A stretch of 41,264 nt of DNA from the NCBI GenBank assembly GCA_964648645.1, contig CAZYLM010000002.1, positions 1 to 41,264 of the forward strand, written 5' to 3'. Position numbers and translations under genes: made by a program. Within the stretch, counting starts at the first letter, position 1; every line of letters begins with the position of its first letter. The notes under the pieces are model-generated. The model saw nothing but the letters and a program-made list of their open reading frames with translations. It made no database searches and was not told the origin of the DNA. This DNA is from an uncultured Anaerolinea sp. (GTDB taxonomy: Bacteria; Chloroflexota; Anaerolineae; Anaerolineales; Villigracilaceae). Positions 8,488 through 19,118 of the stretch are shown here, piece after piece.

Positions 8488-10064
8488 ATCCATTCACCAC
8501 CGACCCTGCGACAAACTTGGAATCCACGGAGAGACTGTACAAGTCATGGCGTGAGAGATTTGTACTCCCGCTCCTTGTCGGTAATCTGATCTTTGGGGCG
8601 ATCGCCCTACTGCCTACTATCATTGCGTCAGAGAGTCCGGTGATCGATGGCATTTTCATCACCACCTACGTGTTGATCGCCATTAGCGCCATATTCAATT
8701 TTCCATACGCCATTCGGATATCAACCTTTCTTTTGGGGGCATATGCATTAGCAATAGCAGAGTTGATCAGCCTCGGCGTATTGGGAGACAGTCTGTTCTT
8801 TTTCCTGGCGTTAATCGTGTTCTCGACGATGCTTCTCTCGCCCCGTGCAGGTTTCTTTGCGATCGCACTCAGTATCCTTACCCTTGCACTCATGGGGTAT
8901 CTCATCCAAACCGGCCGCTTCGAAACCCTAAATCCGGATGCGACGCCATCCAAGCTGGAGGACTGGATCAGTGGCGGGGTTGCATTGACAATGCTTGGGG
9001 TGGTGATCATTTTTGGCTTCCGCCAATTAGAAAATGAATTTTCATTGGCTCAATCACGGATCACCCAGACTCTATCCGCTTTGAGGGAAGAAAGGAATAC
9101 ACTGGAATCTCGCGTGGATGAACGAACCCTGCAATTACGCAGGATCAATGAAGTAGAACGAGCTGTCGCTGCCGTCCTGGACCTGAATGAAATCCTGCCG
9201 TTGACAGCAAAATACATCCAGAACGAGTTTGGTTTTTACTGCACTGCCGTGTATATCGTTGATTCTTCCGGTCAGTGGATCGAACTAAAAGAAGCTGTTG
9301 GTGAAGCGGGCAAACTGATGAAAGAAAAGAAGCACCGCCTCAGTGTAAATGGGCGGAGTGTGGTTGCACAGGTCGTCCGCTCCAAGAGTGGGTTGATCCT
9401 GCAGAATAACAATCAGATCGTGCAGGAATATCCGTTATTCCCGTATACCCGTTCGTTGGTAGTTGTGCCGCTAGTCGCAGGTGACACCATCTTAGGTGTT
9501 CTTGAGATGCACAGCTCGAAGGAGGCTGAATTCCTTCCGCAAGACCTGGATGCTTTTCAAAACATGGCAAACGGGATTTCCGTCTCAATTGAAAATGCTC
9601 GTTTGTACCAGGAGGCCCAACAGAGCATCATGGAAATGCAGGCAACCCAAAGGCAATATCTTGAAACGTCCTGGAGTTCGCTTGCTGCAGAAAGAAATCT
9701 CCAGTACGCACTTGGTGATACGGAGCAATCGGGCATCAACTCGTTGAACGTACCCCTGGCACTACGAAATCACATCCTTGGTGAGATCATGGCAGCCGGC
9801 GTAAAAGACTGGACACCCGAGCAGAAAAACCTGGTCGAATCGATCGCAGCGCAAGCATCACTCGCATTAGAGAATGCCCGCCTCGTTGAAGAAAGTCAGT
9901 TCACGGCATCTCAGGAAAAACTTACAAACGAAATCATCGCCAAGATATGGGCGGCACCCAATATGGACGCCATCCTGCAAACAGTGGTAAGGGAATTGGG
10001 AAGGAATTTGGAAGCCTCAGAGGTCGAGATCGAGATCTCGATGGATGGACAGGTCGATGAGTAA
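8484..10064 (+). CDS. Membrane sensor 2: ~6TM-coiled coil-GAF-split GAF module
   Basis: Hydrophobic N-terminus, LESRVDERT helix, GAF (FPYTRSLVVVPL), and conserved C-terminus LALENARL...ILQTVVRELGRNL. ATGA coupling. Confidence 0.87.
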   Translation: MNPFTTDPATNLESTERLYKSWRERFVLPLLVGNLIFGAIALLPTIIASESPVIDGIFITTYVLIAISAIFNFPYAIRISTFLLGAYALAIAELISLGVLGDSLFFFLALIVFSTMLLSPRAGFFAIALSILTLALMGYLIQTGRFETLNPDATPSKLEDWISGGVALTMLGVVIIFGFRQLENEFSLAQSRITQTLSALREERNTLESRVDERTLQLRRINEVERAVAAVLDLNEILPLTAKYIQNEFGFYCTAVYIVDSSGQWIELKEAVGEAGKLMKEKKHRLSVNGRSVVAQVVRSKSGLILQNNNQIVQEYPLFPYTRSLVVVPLVAGDTILGVLEMHSSKEAEFLPQDLDAFQNMANGISVSIENARLYQEAQQSIMEMQATQRQYLETSWSSLAAERNLQYALGDTEQSGINSLNVPLALRNHILGEIMAAGVKDWTPEQKNLVESIAAQASLALENARLVEESQFTASQEKLTNEIIAKIWAAPNMDAILQTVVRELGRNLEASEVEIEISMDGQVDE

Positions 10065-11703
10065 TACGCTGCGGAACCCGGCCTCGAATTTGATGAAATG
10101 GCGAGAAGGTTTCATCCTCACCGTTCTGCGCCTTGCTTCAGTAGCAGGGATCGTCATTCTCTCCCTTGCTTTCCCCACAGCATCTGTGCTGGAGCGCATT
10201 CTTTCCACTCTCGTATACTTGTTATTAGTTGCAATTACAATTTTTCCCGCACCCTATACCCTGCGGGTTTATTTGCTGCTCCTTATGACGATCACAATCG
10301 GAATGAATACCTTGTTTGCAAGGGGCCCCGGGGCGGATGGAAATATTTTCCTTCTTGCAGCCGCCATTCTTGCTTCTTTATTGCTGGATTCCAGAATGGA
10401 TATCCTTGTCCTTATTATCGGCGCTATGACCATCTCTGCACTGGGGTACTCCGAACAGATTGGTGTTTTTAGACTTACAGCAGCAAATGCTTCTGCCAAA
10501 GCAGTTTCCGACTGGGTGGTCTACCTGGCAGATTTCACCATCCTTGGAGTCTTACTTGTCACAGCTGCAAATCTATTAAAAGTTACTTTTGTAAAGATCT
10601 CTCGAAATTCACAATCTGAATATCAGTTGCTTGACGCTGAAAAAAAGGCTCTTGAAAAGAATATCGAGGAACAAACGCGAGAGTTGGAGTTAAATACCTA
10701 TCAACTTCGAGCCGCCACAAGCACTGCCCGCTCCATTGCAGAGACGCAAGACATTGCAACCTTATTAACCAAAGCTGCCGATCTGATCGCAGACAGATTT
10801 GAATACTATCATGTCGGTGTATTCATTCTGGATGAGCCGCGGCGCACAGCATACCTGCAAGCTTCTTCCTCTGAAACCGGTAAATGGCTCACCGGTCAGC
10901 CGTTTCGCATCGATATTGATCGAAGAAGCCCGCTATCTCGAGTCGTAGAAAGCAGGCAGATGGTAGTCGTTTCTGGAAGCGAGAAAGCTCAAGATACCAA
11001 CTTCCCGTCCACCCGTTCGCGCATGATGATTCCGCTCGCAGTGCGGGGATCTCTGATCGGCATCCTCGATATCCATTCAGATAAATCCCTTGCCTTTAAG
11101 CCCGAGGATACAGAGATCCTGCAAACTCTGGCCGACCTGACTGCCATCTCATTCGATAATGTCCGCCTCCTTGAAGAGACTCGAAATCTTCTTTTACAAG
11201 TGGAAACCGGATCAGCATTCCAGACACAGAATACCTGGTCAAAATTTACGAGCCGGCAAAAGAACGCCTACCTCTACACGCCTGCCGGTGTACGTCCCGT
11301 CTTTTCACGAAGCTCTGCTGAGAAAGACAAGGATGGAACTCTTATTCCAATCGTATTGCAAGGGCAAACAATAGGACGAATCAAATTGAAGAGAAAGGGA
11401 CAGTCCAGCGAATGGTCAGATCGGGAGCTCGATCTGATTGAAAAGATTGCAACCCAGCTTGCACTCGCCCTTGAAAACAGCCGCCTTGTTGATGAAGCAC
11501 AGAAAAATGCTCTAAGAAACCAGATGATTGCAAATTTCTCGACCTTCGTCCGTGAGACGCTGAATGTCGAGTCTGTTGTTTCAAGTGCAGCCACTGAATT
11601 AAGAAAAGTGTTTGACTTGAAAGAAGCGGAGGTCTTGATCGGTCTTTCTCAGAAAGACCCCTCTGCCAAACTACCCTCCTCCTGGTTCGGATCCTCGGAA
11701 TAA
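10057..11703 (+). CDS. Membrane sensor 3: ~6TM-GAF-split GAF module
   Basis: Same architecture (YYHVGVFILD, FPSTRSRMMIPL, LALENSRL). Start is ATG 10057 or 10045. Confidence 0.87.
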   Translation: MSNTLRNPASNLMKWREGFILTVLRLASVAGIVILSLAFPTASVLERILSTLVYLLLVAITIFPAPYTLRVYLLLLMTITIGMNTLFARGPGADGNIFLLAAAILASLLLDSRMDILVLIIGAMTISALGYSEQIGVFRLTAANASAKAVSDWVVYLADFTILGVLLVTAANLLKVTFVKISRNSQSEYQLLDAEKKALEKNIEEQTRELELNTYQLRAATSTARSIAETQDIATLLTKAADLIADRFEYYHVGVFILDEPRRTAYLQASSSETGKWLTGQPFRIDIDRRSPLSRVVESRQMVVVSGSEKAQDTNFPSTRSRMMIPLAVRGSLIGILDIHSDKSLAFKPEDTEILQTLADLTAISFDNVRLLEETRNLLLQVETGSAFQTQNTWSKFTSRQKNAYLYTPAGVRPVFSRSSAEKDKDGTLIPIVLQGQTIGRIKLKRKGQSSEWSDRELDLIEKIATQLALALENSRLVDEAQKNALRNQMIANFSTFVRETLNVESVVSSAATELRKVFDLKEAEVLIGLSQKDPSAKLPSSWFGSSE

Positions 11704-11712
11704 GGTAGCGGT

Positions 11713-13374
11713 ATGGATCATTCAGTCTCCTACGAAATAACATATACCAAGTGGCGATCGGTGTTTTTGCGGACGACACTGATCTTTGCCTGTATATTCG
11801 GATTGGCAGCATTGATCCCTTCCCTTTTTGCAAGTTCACCTGCCTACCAGATCTTTTATATCGTTCTTTATCTGATCATTCTAATCGTCACCTTTCTGCG
11901 GATTGCCGATAATATCAAAGCTGGGATTCTGGTGGTGCTGCTTTATGCGCTCGCTTTCGCCGGAATCATTGACACTGGTATACGCGGTGATGCCCGCATG
12001 TATATGCTCGGAGCTGTAGCAATTGCATCGCTATTGTTTTCCTGGCGGGCAGGTTGGTTTGTATTCGGCTTTGCGGCCGCAACATATCTGGTCATGGGCT
12101 GGCTTGTTCTTAGTGGAAGGTTACAAATTACAAACCCCGCTGCAGATCAAGGAACCCTTGCGAGTTGGGTTTCGAATTCCGTATCCATGCTTGCCTTATC
12201 AGTACTGGTCATACAGGGGATCAGATTAACCCAGACGGAATTTGAAAACTCCAAGGATCGCGTTAACACCACTTTCAACGAACTAAAAACTGAACGGGCG
12301 AACCTGGAAGAACGCATTTCGGAACGCACCCATACCCTCGATCAGCGGACATCCCAACTTCAAGCCGTGGCGGAGGTCGGTAAATCCATCGCCTCCTACA
12401 GAAACCTTTCCGAACTTCTGCAGCGGGCCGCGCAGTTGGTTCATGAAAACTTCGGGTATTACCATGTAGGTATTTTCCTTCTTGATGAGCGGAAAGAATT
12501 TGCCATTCTCGCAGCCTCGAACAGCGAAGGCGGCAAACGTATGCTGGAAAAGAAACATACCTTAAAAGTAGGCGAAACTGGTATTGTAGGGTATGTTGCT
12601 GAAAGTCTCCGGGCGCGGATCGCCCTCGATGTGGGATCTGATGCCATTTTCTTCAACAACCCTGACCTCCCGAATACCCGTTCAGAGATGGCGCTCCCGC
12701 TGGTGGCGAGCGGCCAAATTCTAGGCGTCCTCGATATTCAAAGCACCGAACCCAGGGCGTTCACAGATGAGGATATTGCTACTGTCCAAATCCTTGCAGA
12801 CCAGCTTGCAGTTGCAATTCAAAATGCCCGCTTATTCAATGAAACTGAACGGGCTCTCGAAGGTGCACGTTCATCGTACGGTCAAATGAGCCGTGAGGCG
12901 TGGAGTCGCATCCTGAGAAATCAAGCACGTATCAATTACCTGTCGACCCCCCCTGCAACGGTAAAAATCGATGATGAAACTATCGAACCGACCATCTCGA
13001 AGGCGATCGAATCAGGAGATCTGATACTTGGTGCTGATGGGTTGACGATCAGTGTGCCAGTCAAGATCAGAGGTCAAGTGATCGGGGCGCTACGATTGAA
13101 AAAACCGGAAATTGCCGATGCCTGGACTCAAGATGAAACCACACTAGCCATCTCCCTTGCCGATCAGTTGAGCGGCGCCCTCGAAAGTGCGCGCTTATAT
13201 CGTGAATCCCAACAACGTGCCGCACGCGAATCGATGGTCTCTGATATCTCGGCAAGGATCAGCGCCACCTACACAAGAGACTCGATTGTTCGTGAAACCG
13301 TGCAGGAATTGGGGCAGGCGTTCCGCAATACTTCGGTGACGTTCCAGTTAATTGATCAGGCTAAACCAAAATGA
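11713..13374 (+). CDS. Membrane sensor 4: ~6TM-GAF-split GAF module
   Basis: GYYHVGIFLLD...NSEGG...NPDLPNTRSEMALPL and the conserved C-terminal tail. Confidence 0.88.
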   Translation: MDHSVSYEITYTKWRSVFLRTTLIFACIFGLAALIPSLFASSPAYQIFYIVLYLIILIVTFLRIADNIKAGILVVLLYALAFAGIIDTGIRGDARMYMLGAVAIASLLFSWRAGWFVFGFAAATYLVMGWLVLSGRLQITNPAADQGTLASWVSNSVSMLALSVLVIQGIRLTQTEFENSKDRVNTTFNELKTERANLEERISERTHTLDQRTSQLQAVAEVGKSIASYRNLSELLQRAAQLVHENFGYYHVGIFLLDERKEFAILAASNSEGGKRMLEKKHTLKVGETGIVGYVAESLRARIALDVGSDAIFFNNPDLPNTRSEMALPLVASGQILGVLDIQSTEPRAFTDEDIATVQILADQLAVAIQNARLFNETERALEGARSSYGQMSREAWSRILRNQARINYLSTPPATVKIDDETIEPTISKAIESGDLILGADGLTISVPVKIRGQVIGALRLKKPEIADAWTQDETTLAISLADQLSGALESARLYRESQQRAARESMVSDISARISATYTRDSIVRETVQELGQAFRNTSVTFQLIDQAKPK

Positions 13375-15080
13375 GACGTCCGAGAATAGCTGGCCTGCTA
13401 TCACAATTCCGCATCGGGGATCCGACGGGTAAGCGCGCGGAACTTATTGCCACGCTTATTCCCGGATTCCTTGTAACGCTGCTTTGGGCGCTCATTTATC
13501 GACACCCACTTGTTACCGTCCTGTCGGTCCTGTCAAGCTTTTCAGCATTCTTCAGTTTGATCCAGGTTTGGAGAGAGAGGCCAGGGTTTCCATTCCTTTT
13601 CCCTGCCATTGTGATGGCTGATGTTGTTGCGATCTCTGTATTAGACGGGTTTGGCAGCCATGACCTTATTTGGATGAGTGGGCTTGGCGTATATCTTCTT
13701 GTAAGCATTTATACTGCACAAAATTCAAGCCCCCTCCCATTTGTTTTCGCATCAATAGTCATTACGTCCTTTGTCGCAATCGGCTTACTCGAGATTTCAG
13801 GTTTTCTACCCTCCCAATATCCAACCGATATGCGATATTTGGTACTAAGTACTTCGCTGATGATGGGGCTGCTTGGTGCAATCACTGCAGTATTTCATAG
13901 GCATCGTTTGCTTTTACAAACCGAAGACGAACTCCTTGCAATAAAAGAAAGCTCACGCCTCAATTTGGAGAGCACCAACCGTTTGCTTGAAGATCAGGTC
14001 AGGCAACGCACCTCCGAACTACACCAACTTAACGATCTATTGCTGACAAAAACCGCAAAACTTCAGGCAGCCGCCGAGATCTCACAAGCAATTTTGGTCA
14101 ACCCAACCGAAGCCATTGAAGATCTTCTTACCAATGCCACACGCCTGATCAGCGAGAAGCTTGGGTATTACCATGTCGGAATCTTCCTTTTGGATAACAG
14201 CCGTGAATTCGCGATCCTAAAGGCGTCAAACAGCAAAGGCGGGCAAGAAATGCTGACTCATGGCCATCAGTTGAAGGTGGGAGGAACCGGTATTGTTGGC
14301 TATGTTGCTCAAAGTGGAAGACCCCGAATTGCCCTGGACACGGGTGTGGACGCGGTTTTTTTCAACAATCCTTATCTACCTGAAACCAGGTCAGAGCTTT
14401 CGGTTCCGATCAAGTATGGTGCCATCCTGATCGGCATCCTCGACGTCCAAAGTACGCAATCTTCCGCTTTTAATATAGAAGACGAAAACACTCTATCCAC
14501 GATCGCCAACCAACTTGCCGTAATCATTCATCAGAAAGGTGAGCAGGACTCCCTAGCCCGAAGAAGATCAGCCCAGGAGTTTCGATCGTTTAGAGGAGTA
14601 GAAAAACAAATTGGTTACTCCTACACGCCTGAAGGCTCCATTTCCGAAAGCGATGAACCATTTAATCCTCTTGTTGACAGGGTGATCGGCATAGGGGAAA
14701 CGGTCACGACAAGTAAAAATCCAGATGGAAGCAACTCTCTTATGATCGTACCAGTGAGAGTTCGAGATCATGTTATCGGAGTAATACAGATCGAATCGAC
14801 TGACTCCAACAGAAATTGGACAGAAGATGAGATTCTCCTTGTGCAGGCGGTTTCCGATCGCGCGGGGCTTGCTTTGGATAATGCCGGTCTCCTCGAGGAA
14901 GCCACTCACCGCGCCGAACAGGAAGAAACGATTTCGCACATAACAAACCAAATCGGATCATCCACCGATTTCGAACGCATCATGCGAACAACGATTCAGG
15001 AATTGGGGCTTGCACTTGGGGCATCCCGTTCTTTCATTCAGATTGGAACTAACTTCCCGAATCGTGAGGGGGACGCATGA
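13371..15080 (+). CDS. Membrane sensor 5: ~6TM-GAF-split GAF module
   Basis: GYYHVGIFLLD...NPYLPETRSELSVPI and tail IMRTTIQELGLAL. ATGA coupling at both ends. Confidence 0.87.
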   Translation: MRRPRIAGLLSQFRIGDPTGKRAELIATLIPGFLVTLLWALIYRHPLVTVLSVLSSFSAFFSLIQVWRERPGFPFLFPAIVMADVVAISVLDGFGSHDLIWMSGLGVYLLVSIYTAQNSSPLPFVFASIVITSFVAIGLLEISGFLPSQYPTDMRYLVLSTSLMMGLLGAITAVFHRHRLLLQTEDELLAIKESSRLNLESTNRLLEDQVRQRTSELHQLNDLLLTKTAKLQAAAEISQAILVNPTEAIEDLLTNATRLISEKLGYYHVGIFLLDNSREFAILKASNSKGGQEMLTHGHQLKVGGTGIVGYVAQSGRPRIALDTGVDAVFFNNPYLPETRSELSVPIKYGAILIGILDVQSTQSSAFNIEDENTLSTIANQLAVIIHQKGEQDSLARRRSAQEFRSFRGVEKQIGYSYTPEGSISESDEPFNPLVDRVIGIGETVTTSKNPDGSNSLMIVPVRVRDHVIGVIQIESTDSNRNWTEDEILLVQAVSDRAGLALDNAGLLEEATHRAEQEETISHITNQIGSSTDFERIMRTTIQELGLALGASRSFIQIGTNFPNREGDA

Positions 15081-17395
15081 CCGATCAACGCCGTCTCTCC
15101 CCCACTCCGGACCGAAGAGGTCTTTTTGGCAGACGACTCAGTTTGGGAATTAAACTCCCTGCTACAGTCATTGGTCTGATGCTGACTGCTCTGATCATTT
15201 ACACAGGATTTAGTATCCAATTTTCCCAACAGGCGTTGGTTGATACGCTTAAAGAGGAGCTGACCAGGGAAACCTCCACAAAAGTTGAGATTGTACAGTC
15301 GAAGCTTTTAATCGCCCGTGCCGTCGCCCTCGAGTTGGCAGCTTATGCAGAATCAGGTTCTTTGAACGACCCGGAATTGATGAGAATGCTGCAAAACACC
15401 CTGAGGCGAAACCAAAACGTTTTCGGTTCGACAATAGCTTATGAACCAAATCAATTCGACAATACATCCTATTACTATGCCCCTTATTTCAATCGCCAGC
15501 CAAACAACACCCTTATTTACTCGGATCTTGGCACACCTGAATATGACTATTTCAACCGAGAGTGGTATACGCTCCCAAAAGAAAAATTGACAACGGTTAT
15601 CTCTCCGCCCTATTTCGACTATGGCGGAGGTGAAATCTGGATGGTCACCTGGAGTGCGCCATTCTTCGACGGGTCTGGCAACTTTAGAGGAGTGGCAACA
15701 GCGGATATAGCCTTCTCCCAAACCCAGGAAATCATTAATTCCATTCAAGTCGGACGGGCTGGATACGCCTTTCTGATCGATTCGAACGGGATCATCCTTG
15801 GGATTGGGGCAGGCGGTGGTGAATACAAGACCATGTCTGATTCAATGGTCCTGGAGGCATTCTCAGAAAAATCCAGGGGATGGATAAACCTCATCTCTGA
15901 TATGCGATCAGAAAAAGCAGGATTTACCGAAGCGACAGATCCTCAGGGTAATCCCATGCTGGTCGCATACGCCCCGATCGGATTGGATACCGGCTGGTCC
16001 CTTGCTCTGGCTTACCCAAGGGCAGAACTTTCAGCTAACACATCTACATTGAGAAACACACTGCTCGGCTACACTTTTGTTGTCACCCTGATATTTACAG
16101 TGATTCTTTTTGTATTTACAAGGTCCATTACAGAGCCCCTTCAGAAACTCCGACTCTTTGCCAGTCGTGTGGCTCGTGGCGACCTGAACACAAGTAATTT
16201 GATCGACATCCGAACTCGCGATGAAATGGAAGATCTAGGTCAGGCATTTAACCAGATGTTCTCGAACTTGAAAGGCGCTCTTGAAACTCTCGAAGAAAGT
16301 GTTTCAGCCCGGACTCGAGACCTCTCGCTTCTTGCCAATGAACTTCGCACAATATCTGAGGTCGCCCGTGAACTGGCATCCATCCGTGATCAAAGTACCC
16401 TCCTCAATGTTTCAGCGACTCTGATTCGGGAGCGCCTCGGCTATTACCATGTCGGTATCTTTTTGGTGGACGAAAAAAGCGAATTTGCGATTCTGCGTGC
16501 TGCAAGCAGTGTGGCTGCAGACAAGATGCTTTCAGGCAATTACAAACTGAAGATCGTTGAAGGCGGATTGGTTGGCACTGTAACCAGAACAGGAAAGGCG
16601 TCCATCGCACAAGATGTGGACCTTGACACAACCCACCTCGACAATCCCAACCTTCCTGAAACACGGTCCGAAATCGTCCTTCCGCTCCGAAGTTACAACT
16701 TAACGATCGGCGTATTGGATATCCAATCGTCCACACGCAAAGCTTTTACAGAAAGCGACGTCCAAACTTTGCAAATCCTCGCTGACCAGTTGGCGGCCGC
16801 CATCGAAAACACACAGTTGGTGCAGCGCCTTGAAAACACACTCTCCGAACTTTCAAAAGCGACCCGCAGCCAGACCCGCGAGATATGGAAAACAATCTTC
16901 AGCACAGACGAAACATCTGGGTACGAGTACGATGGTTTGCAAATCCGCCCGATCCCCGCAAAATTACCAGATCAGCTATTCGCGAAGCTCACTAAAGGAA
17001 ACCCTGTAGTTTTTGAAACATCTGAAGCAGGCTCAAAAACTACACTTTTGATACCTCTTACGATATTTGGTCAAACGATTGGCGTCGTTGGGCTGGAACA
17101 GGAAGACCCCAACCAGCCGTGGGGAGATGAACAAATTTCAATCGTCCAGGCGGCTGCCAATCGGGCTGCGCTTACCTTGGAAAATGCGCGCCTACTGGAA
17201 GAGAGCAATCGTCGGGCAGCAAAGGAAAGGGCGATCTTCGAAGCAACAAGCCGGATCGGTTCTGCCTTTAGTGTAGAGAACATTCTCGAAACTGCTGCCA
17301 AAGAGATCGAAAGGACACTCAACGGATCCGAGGTCACCATTCAATTCTCTCCAGTTCAGCCCAATCCCACCCGGGATGAGGAAACACATGATTAA
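15077..17395 (+). CDS. Membrane sensor 6: TM-dCache_1-TM-HAMP-GAF-split GAF module
   Basis: dCache motifs YDYFNREWY, SPPYFD, GVATADI and GYAFLID; HAMP DEMEDLGQAFNQM; GAF NPNLPETRSEIVLPL. Confidence 0.9.
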   Translation: MTDQRRLSPTPDRRGLFGRRLSLGIKLPATVIGLMLTALIIYTGFSIQFSQQALVDTLKEELTRETSTKVEIVQSKLLIARAVALELAAYAESGSLNDPELMRMLQNTLRRNQNVFGSTIAYEPNQFDNTSYYYAPYFNRQPNNTLIYSDLGTPEYDYFNREWYTLPKEKLTTVISPPYFDYGGGEIWMVTWSAPFFDGSGNFRGVATADIAFSQTQEIINSIQVGRAGYAFLIDSNGIILGIGAGGGEYKTMSDSMVLEAFSEKSRGWINLISDMRSEKAGFTEATDPQGNPMLVAYAPIGLDTGWSLALAYPRAELSANTSTLRNTLLGYTFVVTLIFTVILFVFTRSITEPLQKLRLFASRVARGDLNTSNLIDIRTRDEMEDLGQAFNQMFSNLKGALETLEESVSARTRDLSLLANELRTISEVARELASIRDQSTLLNVSATLIRERLGYYHVGIFLVDEKSEFAILRAASSVAADKMLSGNYKLKIVEGGLVGTVTRTGKASIAQDVDLDTTHLDNPNLPETRSEIVLPLRSYNLTIGVLDIQSSTRKAFTESDVQTLQILADQLAAAIENTQLVQRLENTLSELSKATRSQTREIWKTIFSTDETSGYEYDGLQIRPIPAKLPDQLFAKLTKGNPVVFETSEAGSKTTLLIPLTIFGQTIGVVGLEQEDPNQPWGDEQISIVQAAANRAALTLENARLLEESNRRAAKERAIFEATSRIGSAFSVENILETAAKEIERTLNGSEVTIQFSPVQPNPTRDEETHD

Positions 17396-19100
17396 TTCAA
17401 TTCGCCAAATACTAGCCCCGCCTGCATTCGACGATGAGGAGAAGTCCCGAGTCGCTTTATTGCTTAATCGCATCCTTTGGGCAGTGATCATTATTGGTTC
17501 GATCTACACCATCGCCGCACCTGTCATACTAGGGCAGTTTTTCACAGCCATTCTCACAGCCGCAATTGTTTTGTCGGGAATCTTTGCCCGTTCCATTATG
17601 CTCGCAGGGAGGGTACGCCTCGCTTCTACAATTCTTTTATTTGTTATCAGTCTTATCCTGATCGCCTCCATTTATCTATCGGCTGGTGTGACCGGAGCCA
17701 GTTATTTCTCGCTTGTGCTTACCACTGTACTTGCAGGAGTTCTCTTGGGTGGTCGGGGTGCATACTTCTTTGCGGGAATCAACACATTGATAGGTGTTGG
17801 TTTCATGCTTTTCCAAGATTCGCTCTCTGCGCCGATAATTCCGCAGAATCCCCTTACGTATTTCACCTCGCTCGTTGTTTATACCTTCTTCATTGCCGCT
17901 CTCCTTCAGGCATCCGCCCAAAGTGTGACTAAACTGGTTGATAACCTTCGTGAAGCAAGGGCTGAACTTACCAATAAAAACAACGAGCTTCAAAAATTCA
18001 CACAAGGGCTTGAAACTACGATTGCATCAAGAACCGGCGAATTGGATGCCGCCAATTTGCGAAACGAACGCCGCGCCAGGCAATTCGAAGCAATCGCAAA
18101 AATTTCGCGCGCCATTACACAGACACAGGATTTCGATATTCTGATCAACCAGGTAACAGAATTGATCAGCGAGCAATTCAATATTTATCACACCGGGGTC
18201 TTCTTGCTCAATGCAAACAATGAATATGCGGTCTTGATCGCTGCAAACAGTCTGGGCGGAAAGAGGATGCTCCAGCGTAACCACAAACTGAGGGTCGGGC
18301 AGACCGGTATCGTTGGGTATGTTGCAGGAACCGGGTTGCCCAGAATTGCCCTAGATACAGGGGTAGACGCAATCTACTTCAACAACCCTGACCTTACAGA
18401 TACCAGGTCTGAGATCGCACTTCCTTTGTTCCGCAAAGGGAACGAGGTCATTGGGGTGCTTGATGTTCAGAGCCGCGAACCGAATGCTTTTACCCAGGAA
18501 GATGTCCGTGCCTTGACCACCCTGGCAGACCAGGTTGCAATCGCGATCGAAAATTCCCGACTCTTCGAGGAGCAGAAGAGGATTCTTAATGAGGCCCAAG
18601 CCGCATACAAGCGGGATTTCCATGAAAGTTGGCTGCGGTTCACCCGGTCGAAAGGAATCGCTGGAATTCAGCGCCGCAACCTCAAAACAAGCATCCTCCC
18701 GGAACCGCTGGAACTGCCAGGCGCAGACGAGGCAATCCGTTCTGGAGAAGCGTATCAAGCAACAGGTGAAGATGGATCGGCCATACTCACGATCCCCGTC
18801 AAGTTAAGGGAACAGACTGTAGGTGTCGTCAATGTAAAAGGAGATATGAACCGTGCCTGGAGCGTCGATGAAATGGACATTGTCAATGCCATTCTGGAGC
18901 GTGCCGCGCTTTCGATCGAAAATGCGCGTCTGCTCGAGGATAGCAGGTTAACAGCTGAGCGGGAACATGTTATTGGTGAGATTTCCACAAAGATCAGCTC
19001 TGGGACCCAGGTCGAAGATATCCTTAAGACTGCTGTTCGGGAATTGGGAGCCCACATATCGGGCGCACAGATCACAGTCGAGATCGGAGGCGGCGGTTAA
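17388..19100 (+). CDS. Membrane sensor 7: ~6TM-GAF-split GAF module
   Basis: ATG 17388 after a GAGG RBS; GAF NPDLTDTRSEIALPL; conserved tail. Confidence 0.88.
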   Translation: MINSIRQILAPPAFDDEEKSRVALLLNRILWAVIIIGSIYTIAAPVILGQFFTAILTAAIVLSGIFARSIMLAGRVRLASTILLFVISLILIASIYLSAGVTGASYFSLVLTTVLAGVLLGGRGAYFFAGINTLIGVGFMLFQDSLSAPIIPQNPLTYFTSLVVYTFFIAALLQASAQSVTKLVDNLREARAELTNKNNELQKFTQGLETTIASRTGELDAANLRNERRARQFEAIAKISRAITQTQDFDILINQVTELISEQFNIYHTGVFLLNANNEYAVLIAANSLGGKRMLQRNHKLRVGQTGIVGYVAGTGLPRIALDTGVDAIYFNNPDLTDTRSEIALPLFRKGNEVIGVLDVQSREPNAFTQEDVRALTTLADQVAIAIENSRLFEEQKRILNEAQAAYKRDFHESWLRFTRSKGIAGIQRRNLKTSILPEPLELPGADEAIRSGEAYQATGEDGSAILTIPVKLREQTVGVVNVKGDMNRAWSVDEMDIVNAILERAALSIENARLLEDSRLTAEREHVIGEISTKISSGTQVEDILKTAVRELGAHISGAQITVEIGGGG

Positions 19101-19118
19101 TCCCCGCCTGGAGTTCTG

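Noticed and set aside
19088-19109. Small GC hairpin between sensors 7 and 8 as a terminator
   Set aside because: Short stem overlapping the stop codon and no U tract. At most it modulates the adjacent RBS.
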